Assembly (NCBI GenBank): GCA_963807605.1
Contig: CAWECG010000001.1
Coordinates: 64,001-128,000, forward strand
Direction of reading: 5' to 3'
Source of the DNA: Candidatus Bathyarchaeota archaeon
GTDB lineage: Archaea; Thermoproteota; Bathyarchaeia; 40CM-2-53-6; RBG-13-38-9
Length of the DNA: 64,000 nt
Below the pieces are notes generated by a model, which saw only the letters and a list, made by a program, of their open reading frames with translations, searched no databases and was not told the DNA's origin. The position numbers were made by a program, and so were the translations under genes. Each line of letters starts with the position of its first letter. Position 1 is the stretch's first letter. Shown here piece by piece: positions 1 through 8,393 of the stretch.

Positions 1-1277
1 CTTTTCGCTTTGCCTTCAGACCGGGGTATGCTCCCTGGCTCCACCAATTCGACGTCGACTGACAAGTTCAAGGCATTTCTTAAGGCTCTGTCAACTCTAT
101 GCCTGATTGGTGTGAGATCTGATCTTGCAACTCTGTAGGTCTCTTCCGCCACTTCTACCTTTACAGTCATCCTATCGAGTTCATGTTCTCTATCGATGAT
201 TAGTTGGTAATTGTCCCCAAGCTCAGGAATTTGCATTAGGACAGATTCAACTTGACTTGGAAAGACGTTTATTCCTCTTATCTTGACCATGTCGTCTACT
301 CTGCCACGGATCCTCATTATTCTGGGATGGGTTCTGCCACACTTGCACTCTTTAAAGTTCAGGACACTTATGTCTCCAGTCTTGTACCTCACTAGCGGCA
401 GCGCTTCCTTAGTCAAGGTTGTTACTACGAGCTCGCCCCTTTCGCCCTCGTCCAGGATCTCCCCGGTATCGGGGTTTATCACTTCTAAGAGGTACTGGTC
501 CGCCCATACATGGATGCCATTCTGATACTTGCACTCCGTAAACAATGGCCCGCTTAGTTCTGAGGATCCGTAGATGTCATACGCCTTTATGCCGGTGGAA
601 TCTTCAATCCGATGTCTCATATCTTCAGACCAGGGTTCAGCTCCGAACAGGCCGGCCTTCAGCCTCGTATCCTTTTTGAAGTCGACGTCCATGCTCCTTG
701 CAACTTCGGCGAGATGAAGGAAATATGATGGCGTACACGCAATTATGGTGGAGCCCAGATCCCGCATGAGCTCCAGCTGCCTTTCAGTTCCCCCAGCACT
801 GGTCGGAAGCGTTGTCGCCCCGATCATCTCAGCCGCGTAATGGATGCCCAGCCCACCGGTGAATAGCCCGTAGCCATAACTGTTCTGGATTAAGTCGGTC
901 TTGCTAATTTCAAGCGATGTCAACCCACGAGCCAAGGACGTTGACCATTCATGAATGTCATTCTTCGTATACCCTACAATGGTGCGCTTTCCAGTTGTAC
1001 CTGATGAAGCGTGATAGCGCACTAATTGGTCGGGTGAAACGCAAAACATCCCTGTGGGATAAGTATCCCTGAAATCCTTCTTCACAGTAAAGGGTAGTTT
1101 TTGAAGATCCTCTAGATTCCTTATTTCAAGTGGATCGGTTTTGGCGTCTCTCAATCTTCTATTGTAGAAGCTCGAATGATCTTTGAGGTAAAGCAGTAAT
1201 TGGCGGAGTTTCTTCTCTTGAAGCCCCCTCAAGTCCTGCAACGGCATCGTCTCTATGCGGGAGTCCCAGTATTGCAA
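1..1277 (-). CDS. paaK: Phenylacetate-CoA ligase (3' end runs off the window)
   Basis: Missing from the ORF track because no stop lies in the window. Manual translation from TTG at 1277 (GGTGA RBS upstream) gives MQYWDSRIETMP...RYHASSGTTGK...GLFTGGLG...IYGSSELSGP...PRSEGKAKR, in frame at both ends. Confidence 0.93.
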   Translation of the reverse strand, partial: MQYWDSRIETMPLQDLRGLQEKKLRQLLLYLKDHSSFYNRRLRDAKTDPLEIRNLEDLQKLPFTVKKDFRDTYPTGMFCVSPDQLVRYHASSGTTGKRTIVGYTKNDIHEWSTSLARGLTSLEISKTDLIQNSYGYGLFTGGLGIHYAAEMIGATTLPTSAGGTERQLELMRDLGSTIIACTPSYFLHLAEVARSMDVDFKKDTRLKAGLFGAEPWSEDMRHRIEDSTGIKAYDIYGSSELSGPLFTECKYQNGIHVWADQYLLEVINPDTGEILDEGERGELVVTTLTKEALPLVRYKTGDISVLNFKECKCGRTHPRIMRIRGRVDDMVKIRGINVFPSQVESVLMQIPELGDNYQLIIDREHELDRMTVKVEVAEETYRVARSDLTPIRHRVDRALRNALNLSVDVELVEPGSIPRSEGKAK

Positions 1278-1445
1278 GTCACTCACCTTGAAAGAACACC
1301 GATCCTAGATTGCGAGCTAAAAAAATAACATCAGATACTTAAAAGACTTCATTCAGCAGGTCAAGATGCATATCTATAGTATCGCCTTTTTCTTGGTGGA
1401 GAGGAACTATATATCGCAACTAAGGAACTTTAGGTTGATGGATCT

Positions 1446-1880
1446 ATGCCGTTACTACAATTGAGTGTCTTTGCCGAGAACAAACCTGGAGCCATGGCCA
1501 AATTAGCTTCTGTTCTGGACAGAACAAAAGTCAAGATCTTCGCCCTTTCTATAGCGGAAGCAGGAGAGGTAGGGTTGGTTAGGATGGTGGTTAACGATGT
1601 CGAGACTGCTGTCCGGGAGCTGGAGTCTGCTGGATTCTCTTTAGCCAAATCTAGCAAGAATGTGGAGGTTATAGCAGTCCTAGTGACTGAGAAGCACACC
1701 CTATCAGAGATCACAAAGCTTCTGAGTTACAATGAGGTAAATATCGACTACGCCTACTCTTCGTCGATTCATTTGGATGGCAAATCCGCTCTGATATTGC
1801 GAGTGAGCGATCCCGATAAGTCGGAGAAGATACTTCAACAGAACGGTGTCAGAATCCTCGGCGTAAAGGACTTACAATAA
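1446..1880 (+). CDS. Tandem ACT-domain amino-acid-binding protein (COG4747-like, usual paaK neighbour)
   Basis: QLSVFAENKPG and NIDYAYS ACT motifs; lies between two paaK genes. Confidence 0.88.
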   Translation: MPLLQLSVFAENKPGAMAKLASVLDRTKVKIFALSIAEAGEVGLVRMVVNDVETAVRELESAGFSLAKSSKNVEVIAVLVTEKHTLSEITKLLSYNEVNIDYAYSSSIHLDGKSALILRVSDPDKSEKILQQNGVRILGVKDLQ

Positions 1881-1993
1881 TACACTTGTCAGCAGTTCGA
1901 TCTTATTTTCATCGTCAATGACCATTTTTAACTGGGTCCTTGTGTGGAAATATAGAAAGTAGTTTCTTCAGCGCTACTTCAATTTAGAATAGT

Positions 1994-3313
1994 CTATGTG
2001 CTTAAGTTCCTTGAGTCAATGACTCTAATTGCCTTTCCTTCAACCCTTGGTATGGCCGCGGGATGTAAGAGCGTGACTTGGGCTTTCAAGCCGATCATGC
2101 TTTCTATTCCGGATCGTAGTCTTTCTCTTATGTTCTTTAATGCGGCATCGCCTTTGTCCCATACATATTTTTCCGCTTCTACATTGACTGTGATCTCATC
2201 AAGGAAGGCTTTGTTCGATAGAAGAATTTGATAGTTATTTCCAACCCCTTCCAATCCCATTATCGCAGACTCAATTTGACTAGGAAAGACATTGACCCCC
2301 CTAATTTTCAACATGTCATCGCATCTTCCTCTAATCCACCCAATTCTTTGATGTGCTCTGCCGCAATCACACTTCCCACCCAGGAGTCTCGTAAGATCTC
2401 TAGTTCTATACCTCAACAAGGGCATTGCCTCCTTGGTCAGCGTTGTCAAAACGAGTTCTCCATCTTCCTCAATCCCTGCCTGCTCGCCTGTTATTGGATC
2501 TACTATCTCTGCCAAGAAATAGTCGTTCCATAGATGCATGCCCACTTGTTTAAAACACTCGAAGGCTACTCCAGGGCCGCACATCTCTGACAAGCCATAT
2601 GAATTGAAAACACGACACCCAAACTCCTTCTGGATCCGTTTTCTCGTGTTCTCGCTCCAAACCTCTGCACCGCAACTGATCGACCGGATCTTAAGATCTT
2701 TGGCTGGGTCTACGCCCGCATTTTTCGCCGCTTCAGCAAGATGGAGAGCATATGATGGAATGCTAGTAAAAGCGGGCACTTTCAAATCGTGCATTAGTTT
2801 GATTTGCCTTTGAGTATTGCCTGTAGATGACGGAACCACAGTTGCACCAATTTTTTCAGCTCCGTAGTGGAAGCCTAAGCCGCCAGTGAACAGGCCGTAA
2901 CCTAAAATGACCTGAAAGATATCGCGCTTAGAGACACCGGTCATGGTCAGGCACCTAGCTGCACATTCTGACCATACCTCAAGATCGTTCCGCGTATATG
3001 CTACAACCGTCGGATCTCCAGTTGTTCCCGATGAAACATGCAGCCTAACGACGTCTGCCAATGGTGATGCCAAGAGCCCTAAGGGATAGTTGTCTCTAAA
3101 ATCGCTCTTCGAGGTGAAGGGTATCTTTCTGAGGTCATCAATTGTTCTTATTGAGTCCGGTCTCAGTCCCTTTTCGGTGAATTTTCGTCGGTAGAACGGG
3201 CTGTTTTCATAGGCATACTTGACTGTGGATCTTAATCGTTTGGTTTGCAGTTTCTTCAACTGGTTAAGCGTTAACTTTTCAACTGAAGGACGCCAGAACC
3301 GGTTCTTGAGCAT
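1994..3313 (-). CDS. paaK: Phenylacetate-CoA ligase, second paralog
   Basis: HVSSGTTGDP, GYGLFTGGLG, YGLSEMCGPG, RYRTRD and GRCDDMLKIRGVNVFP motifs. Start placed at ATG 3313 (ORF open to 3352). Confidence 0.93.
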   Translation of the reverse strand: MLKNRFWRPSVEKLTLNQLKKLQTKRLRSTVKYAYENSPFYRRKFTEKGLRPDSIRTIDDLRKIPFTSKSDFRDNYPLGLLASPLADVVRLHVSSGTTGDPTVVAYTRNDLEVWSECAARCLTMTGVSKRDIFQVILGYGLFTGGLGFHYGAEKIGATVVPSSTGNTQRQIKLMHDLKVPAFTSIPSYALHLAEAAKNAGVDPAKDLKIRSISCGAEVWSENTRKRIQKEFGCRVFNSYGLSEMCGPGVAFECFKQVGMHLWNDYFLAEIVDPITGEQAGIEEDGELVLTTLTKEAMPLLRYRTRDLTRLLGGKCDCGRAHQRIGWIRGRCDDMLKIRGVNVFPSQIESAIMGLEGVGNNYQILLSNKAFLDEITVNVEAEKYVWDKGDAALKNIRERLRSGIESMIGLKAQVTLLHPAAIPRVEGKAIRVIDSRNLST

Positions 3314-3492
3314 ACCAATCCTCGACCAATTTGCAGGTTTGTAACAGAACAAACAGGCTCTAAAGCTTAAGGCCCTATGTCCATGCCACCGACACCAATC
3401 ATTCCTTGGATCTGCGAAAGGATGAAGTCGTAAGATAATTGGCTTTGAAATGCTTTGTGAATCAGATGGACTAGCCCAGGGCTTGCTGAAAG

Positions 3493-4281
3493 TTATTTCT
3501 TTTCGTGTAGTTTCTTCTCAAGCTGTGCTATGCGCTCTTCAAGAAGTAGAATTCTCTCCATAAATGGATCTGGGAGTTCACCATGCGCCAAGTCTATCTT
3601 CGGTAGTCTCTTGCCTTTTCTGGCGATTACTATCCCTGGAACACCGACGACTGTGCTGTCAGGGGGGACGTCCTTCGTAACAACGGAGTTCGCGCCTATC
3701 TTTACTCTATCTCCAACATTAATTGGACCCAGAATCTTTGCGCCCGCACCAATCACGACATCGCTGCCAACTGTTGGGTGACGTTTTTCCCCACGACCAC
3801 CGCCGGTTCCGCCCAGAGTAGCTCCCTGATACATCGTTACGTTGTCTCCTACCTTTGAGGTCTCCCCTATGACTACGCCTGTACCATGATCGATGAAGAA
3901 TTCTCTCCCAATCTCCGCACCCGGATGGATATCGATCCCTGTCATCTGGCGACTCACAAGGTTGAGGTAGCGCGGAACATATGGGAGTTTAAGATCCCAA
4001 AAGAAGTGGGCTATTCGGTGAAGTAACAGCGCTTGGATTCCAGGATAGTAGAGAACCTCCATGAGTGAGCCTGCTGCCGGGTCTTTCTTGAATGCTGCTT
4101 CGATATCGGACCCCAGGTACTCTACTATCTTTTCAAGCTCGTTCTTGAGCCATTTAGGGTCTATTGTTCGGTCTAGAACCCGGAGACCTCCAAGGCAGCG
4201 CACGCAGATAGCTCCGTTCTCTGTGAACTCTCCACACTTGAGGCAAATCAGTTGTTCAGACCTTTTTTCTCGCGAAGACAT
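3493..4281 (-). CDS. cysE: Serine O-acetyltransferase with N-terminal Cys4 extension
   Basis: KDPAA, GIDIHPGA, FIDHGTGVVIGET, KRHPT and hexapeptide repeats; C-terminal HGELPDP. Confidence 0.92.
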   Translation of the reverse strand: MSSREKRSEQLICLKCGEFTENGAICVRCLGGLRVLDRTIDPKWLKNELEKIVEYLGSDIEAAFKKDPAAGSLMEVLYYPGIQALLLHRIAHFFWDLKLPYVPRYLNLVSRQMTGIDIHPGAEIGREFFIDHGTGVVIGETSKVGDNVTMYQGATLGGTGGGRGEKRHPTVGSDVVIGAGAKILGPINVGDRVKIGANSVVTKDVPPDSTVVGVPGIVIARKGKRLPKIDLAHGELPDPFMERILLLEERIAQLEKKLHEKK

Positions 4282-4447
4282 ATTTTCATTTCAACCTTGG
4301 TTGAATTCATTCGACTTTGGAAGATCGTAATGCTCGGACTGTTGGATGTCAATACAAGGTTTCTTAATCTTAATCGGTGGCGTTTGCTATAACGCCGTTA
4401 TGCGAACATACTTTGGGATTCGTCTACTTAAATCATTCGTGAGTCCC

Positions 4448-5302
4448 CTAGTCGTAGATAATGCCCTTCTCAATTATCTCCAATACTCTGAGTCCATCAT
4501 GGACTGATGGGCTAGGCGCCTTCTGCTCTCTTATACACTCGACAAAATACTCGAGTTCGAGTTGGAGAGGCATATGCCAATCGATAGGAACCTCTACGTT
4601 GTTCATGTATAGCCTCCATCGATTATTCTCAAAGTAGGCGAAGATATTGTCTTGAGCATAAGTGAGAACCCATCTCCTGATCTTGGGTCCGAGGCAATCA
4701 GATATCACTATGACCTCAACATCCCCGAATGTTGCCTCGACTTGGCTTAAGTAGAAGGCTTCCTTCGACCTTATCGTTACATTGTTTGGTTCACCGAGAT
4801 ACCACCTCAAGAGATCGAGATCGTGCACCGCCAAGTCTTTCAGAACTCCCGTGTTTTTTGCAACGAGTGTCGGTGAGCCCGATCTCTGGCAGAAGATCTT
4901 TCCCGGTCCTTGAAGTCCGCCGATAATTGAATGAAGCTTAACAAAAACCGGGTTGAATCTCTCTATGAACCCGACCATAGCGACTTGGTCTCTATGCGAA
5001 TCTGAAATCCTCACCAGTTCTCTTGCTTCTTTCAGACTTGTTGACATGGGTTTCTCGACTAGGACGTGTTTAGTAGATTCTAACGCGGAGATAGCAACCT
5101 CCGCCAGGCTATTGGCAGGAACGGCTATATCGACCGCATCGGCAATCTCCAGCAGTGATCCCAGAGACTTCTGAGCGAGCCTTCCTTCGTAGGCCGGATC
5201 ATAGATTCCAACAACTTCAGCTTCCGGAATCTTGCTCCAGCTCTCATAGTGCCTCTTGCCCCAACTTCCCAATCCGACAAGCCCAATCTTGATTATATTC
5301 AA
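4448..5302 (-). CDS. Gfo/Idh/MocA family oxidoreductase
   Basis: GLVGLGSWG Rossmann motif, HVLVEKP, GFIERFNP, DLAVHDLD. Confidence 0.9.
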   Translation of the reverse strand: MNIIKIGLVGLGSWGKRHYESWSKIPEAEVVGIYDPAYEGRLAQKSLGSLLEIADAVDIAVPANSLAEVAISALESTKHVLVEKPMSTSLKEARELVRISDSHRDQVAMVGFIERFNPVFVKLHSIIGGLQGPGKIFCQRSGSPTLVAKNTGVLKDLAVHDLDLLRWYLGEPNNVTIRSKEAFYLSQVEATFGDVEVIVISDCLGPKIRRWVLTYAQDNIFAYFENNRWRLYMNNVEVPIDWHMPLQLELEYFVECIREQKAPSPSVHDGLRVLEIIEKGIIYD

Positions 5303-5847
5303 GCGACTTCCAAACCCTCTTTCCTTCTCCTATCTAATACGTATCGGATGGCCCGTTCGCCAAGAATCCTGTCATCAATCCCAAGCTTGAGCACCTCATC
5401 GCTCTTAACGTTGAGGCTGCACACGGCAACAACAGGGCCGTTCAGGCTCGCAAGGTACCTGTCTTTCTCAGCTACTTCTCTTATGCAAATGACCTTCCCG
5501 ACTCTTTCTTCGCGAAGTAGTCGAGAAGAGAATCCCTCAAAGATAATTGCATCAATCTTGTCGGCCCACAGATCAAAATCACTCAGATCGGTTTCATCAC
5601 CATTCTTCACCATTATGGCCTTCTCAGAATCCGAAACCGTTGAGACTATTCTGGCCCCCGCCTTCCAGTGTCTCCAAGTATCCGTACCTTCCTTATCTAG
5701 GGTGAATCCATTCTGGCTGACGTGCTTGACGGTCATGATTGATAGATCTTTGCTTGTCAGGAACTTTACGACTATCTCTACTGCAGTAGTCTTTCCTGAA
5801 GCCTTTCCACCTAGAACTGCCAGAGTAGGAATGATCGGTTTGAACAT
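5299..5847 (-). CDS. mobB: Molybdopterin-guanine dinucleotide biosynthesis protein B
   Basis: GGKASGKTT P-loop, TVKH, DKEGTDTWRHWKAGA, IFEGF. Confidence 0.9.
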   Translation of the reverse strand: MFKPIIPTLAVLGGKASGKTTAVEIVVKFLTSKDLSIMTVKHVSQNGFTLDKEGTDTWRHWKAGARIVSTVSDSEKAIMVKNGDETDLSDFDLWADKIDAIIFEGFSSRLLREERVGKVICIREVAEKDRYLASLNGPVVAVCSLNVKSDEVLKLGIDDRILGERAIRYVLDRRRKEGLEVA

Positions 5848-5921
5848 CTCGCATCCATCTTCGCTACTGTAGCTATCGAATCAAACATTGAAGGTAAAGA
5901 TTACGATCAGCCCGTCACGTT

Positions 5922-6173
5922 TGGTGGGGCCGAAGGGATTTTCATGGCCTCTGAGGCCATTTTGAACCCTCGACTTCCGCCACGTCTTTGTCTACGGGTT
6001 TCTTCCCGCGCTCCTGAAGTTCTTCATTCCTCGGTAGGTCAGCAAACCCTTATTCAGGTCTCTTCTGGAGCCCTTGGCGGTCGACTTCCAACAATCCTTG
6101 TTGGTTCGACTGTCGTCATCCCTGACTAGAATCCGTCGTGACATGCCCAGTAGCATGATCTATCTACGGCCCC
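5922..6173 (-). tRNA. trnW: tRNA-Trp(CCA) with five BHB-type introns and encoded CCA end
   Basis: Exons 6173-6164, 6130-6112, 6073-6065, 5999-5992, 5974-5961, 5938-5922. Joined: GGGGCCGTAGTCTAGTCAGGGATGACGACGGGCTCCAGACCCGTAGGTCGAGGGTTCAAATCCCTTCGGCCCCACCA (77 nt). Acceptor GGGGCCG/CGGCCCC, anticodon stem ACGGG/CCCGT, loop CT-CCA-GA, T arm GAGGG-TTCAAAT-CCCTT. Each junction falls after the 2nd nt of a 3-nt bulge next to a 4-bp helix. Confidence 0.9.
6000..6064 (-). ncRNA. Canonical 37/38 intron of tRNA-Trp carrying a box C/D guide RNA (predicted Cm39, Cm34)
   Basis: Guide GGGTTTG followed by CTGA (6042-6039), small hairpin, ATGAAGA box (6027-6021), second guide CTTCAGGAGC. The D+5 rule points to C39 and C34, as in the known archaeal tRNA-Trp intron guide. 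The second D box is degenerate. Confidence 0.7.
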
Positions 6174-6207
6174 TTTGGGATGATCGACCCCAACCAGATG
6201 ACCGCAC

Positions 6208-6221
6208 TTAATTTAATTAAA
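6208..6221 (-). promoter_or_regulatory. Probable TATA box of the tRNA-Trp gene
   Basis: TTTAATTAAATTAA on the minus strand, 35-48 nt upstream of the mature 5' end. Confidence 0.5.
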
Positions 6222-6389
6222 CTTTGCTGGGGACCTGAAGGAGCTCTAAACTATTTTGTCAAAGGATGAACGTCACGTTTTTTGGAGTTCATTGTTAAGA
6301 TGCGAGCCTCCGGCGTACTATTCAAAAGACTCGGAAAGACTTAATGCAACCATAAAGTCAATAGTGACGCCCAGACGGTCTGAAACAAG

Positions 6390-7928
6390 ATGATAAAACG
6401 CGAAGCCACGACAGAAGAAGCCATCACTCTTTCTAAGATGGACCTATTCTTCAATCCCAAGTCTGTGGCCGTGGTGGGCGCCTCTAGGCACCTCAACAAG
6501 GCGGGAAATGTAATCTTCTCGAACTTTGCAGAAAATAAGCGGCGTGGTATCTTCAAAGGTGACCTATACCCTGTAAACCCAACTGATGATAGCGTTCTCG
6601 GCTTCAAATGCTATCCATCATTGAAGAAAGTCCCCGCTGACGTAGAGTCAGCGGTCATAGTTGTTCCAGCTAAATTCGTTCCAGACGTTATGCGCGAAGC
6701 AGCGCAGAAGAGTGTCAGCGTAGCCGTCATAATCTCAGCCGGGTTCGGTGAGATCGGGAATCATCAGCTGGAAGATGAGGTTAAACAGATTGCCAAGACA
6801 GCCGGAATAAAAGTGCTTGGGCCAAACTGCCTAGGGGTCTTCGATTCCTATTCAGGCGTAGACATGTTGTTTCTGCCTGAAACGAAGGTAGTCGGCAGCG
6901 GGGATGTTATGGTCGCGACCCCAAGACCGATGCAAGGCATCATAGCGATGGTCAGTCAGAGTGGAGCCTTCGGAGCTGCCGCACTCGACTATCTCACCGG
7001 AAGAGAGATGGGGATAAGTAAGTTCGTCAGTTTCGGAAACAAGAGCGATGTTGGGGAACCTGAGATGCTCTATTACCTCGGTCAAGATGAAAAGACGAGA
7101 GTTATCCTTCTCTACGTGGAGAGCATCGATAAGGGAAGGCAATTCATGAACGTGGCCAAAGAAGTCACGAAGAGTAAACCTATAGTGGCGCTTAAGTCTG
7201 GAAGAACTAATGCAGGAGCGAGGGCGGCAGCATCACATACAGGAGCCATGAGCGGCACAAGTGCGATATATGATGCGGCTTTCTCTCAGGTTGGCATAAT
7301 AAAGTCCCTAAACATGATCGAGTTCTTCAACGTCGGGAAAGCCCTCGCATTCCAGCCTCCTGCAAGAGGTAAGAATATTGCGATCGTGACAGATGCAGGA
7401 GGACCAGGAGTCATGGCTGCAGATGAATGTGAGTCTCGTGGAATCAATGTCAAGGTGTTTTCAGACGAGACCCTTACAAAGTTTGAGGAGCTGAAAAGAG
7501 AAGGTGTTATCCCTCCATTTGTTCAGAATCGAAACCCGGTCGACCTTACCGGCTCAGCAACTTCTGAGATGTTTGAGAGCGCTATGAACATAGTTGTCGC
7601 GGATGAAGAGGTACATGGAGTAATTGTCGTTGGTATACATCACCTTCCGGCAATCCAAGAGGACTTCGTCGACCGTATAGGGAAAGTGTGTACTAAAACG
7701 TCAAAACCAATTGTAGCATGTGATATCGGTGAAACAGAGATGGCCCTGTACATCAGATCTCGCTTTGAGAAACTCGGTATCCCGGCCTATCCGGCTCCAG
7801 AGGACACAGCGCAGGCGATAGCTGCTTTAGTCGCCTACGGGAAATACCTTGATAACAACAATAACTTTGACGATTATCTGGATAGCTTCTTATCTTGGCA
7901 AGGGAAGAAGCCGCTCAATAGAACCTAA
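6390..7928 (+). CDS. acdA: ADP-forming acetate/acyl-CoA synthetase alpha subunit
   Basis: FFNPKSVAVVGAS, GPNCLG, SQSGAFG, SFGNKSD, ASHTGA phospho-His motif, NPVDLTG. Confidence 0.9.
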   Translation: MIKREATTEEAITLSKMDLFFNPKSVAVVGASRHLNKAGNVIFSNFAENKRRGIFKGDLYPVNPTDDSVLGFKCYPSLKKVPADVESAVIVVPAKFVPDVMREAAQKSVSVAVIISAGFGEIGNHQLEDEVKQIAKTAGIKVLGPNCLGVFDSYSGVDMLFLPETKVVGSGDVMVATPRPMQGIIAMVSQSGAFGAAALDYLTGREMGISKFVSFGNKSDVGEPEMLYYLGQDEKTRVILLYVESIDKGRQFMNVAKEVTKSKPIVALKSGRTNAGARAAASHTGAMSGTSAIYDAAFSQVGIIKSLNMIEFFNVGKALAFQPPARGKNIAIVTDAGGPGVMAADECESRGINVKVFSDETLTKFEELKREGVIPPFVQNRNPVDLTGSATSEMFESAMNIVVADEEVHGVIVVGIHHLPAIQEDFVDRIGKVCTKTSKPIVACDIGETEMALYIRSRFEKLGIPAYPAPEDTAQAIAALVAYGKYLDNNNNFDDYLDSFLSWQGKKPLNRT

Positions 7929-7934
7929 TCTGCT

Positions 7935-8189
7935 TCACTGCCTCTTATACACAAGGTCATCTTCTCTAACTTTTCCATTAACCTTCAGACCCACCGATTG
8001 ACCTGACTCGGCTGTCTCAACACTCTTGTGTTCCATCTCCATTGAATCAATCTTCTGCTCGAGGTTGGTCGTAGAACCCTTGATTACGATTGTATCGCTA
8101 ATCTTCAACTGCCCTTTCAAATGGATAACGGCAACTCCGATCTTTGAATAAAAGTGTGTAATTCTCCCTATCTCTATAAGGTCCTCCAT
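7935..8189 (-). CDS. Small EF-Tu domain II-like beta-barrel protein (translation elongation factor-like)
   Basis: IGRITHFYSKIGVA...QKIDSMEMEHKSV...GQSVGLKV...VREDDLVYK; GGTGA RBS before ATG 8189. Confidence 0.8.
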   Translation of the reverse strand: MEDLIEIGRITHFYSKIGVAVIHLKGQLKISDTIVIKGSTTNLEQKIDSMEMEHKSVETAESGQSVGLKVNGKVREDDLVYKRQ

Positions 8190-8393
8190 AAAATCACCCT
8201 CCACTAAATTGTTTTTTGTACACATCTAAGACTTTCTAACGCAGGTAAACTAGTCCTAGCCCTTGAAGAGACTCGAACCGCGTCGCTAACTCATTCTATT
8301 TAGTCGATCCATGCGCCATTCTTTTATCATACTTGTCTTGGAGTATGAGGAGACGCCTTCAACTAAATTGTCCAAAGCTCAGCCCAAAGGTCG

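Noticed and set aside
5971-6080. Alternative tRNA identity using CCGCC/GGCGG as the anticodon stem
   Set aside because: It gives no valid anticodon loop or BHB junctions; the Trp model satisfies all ten splice sites and matches the internal guide.
5944-6129. 61-aa ORF on the plus strand
   Set aside because: Antisense shadow of the tRNA-Trp locus.
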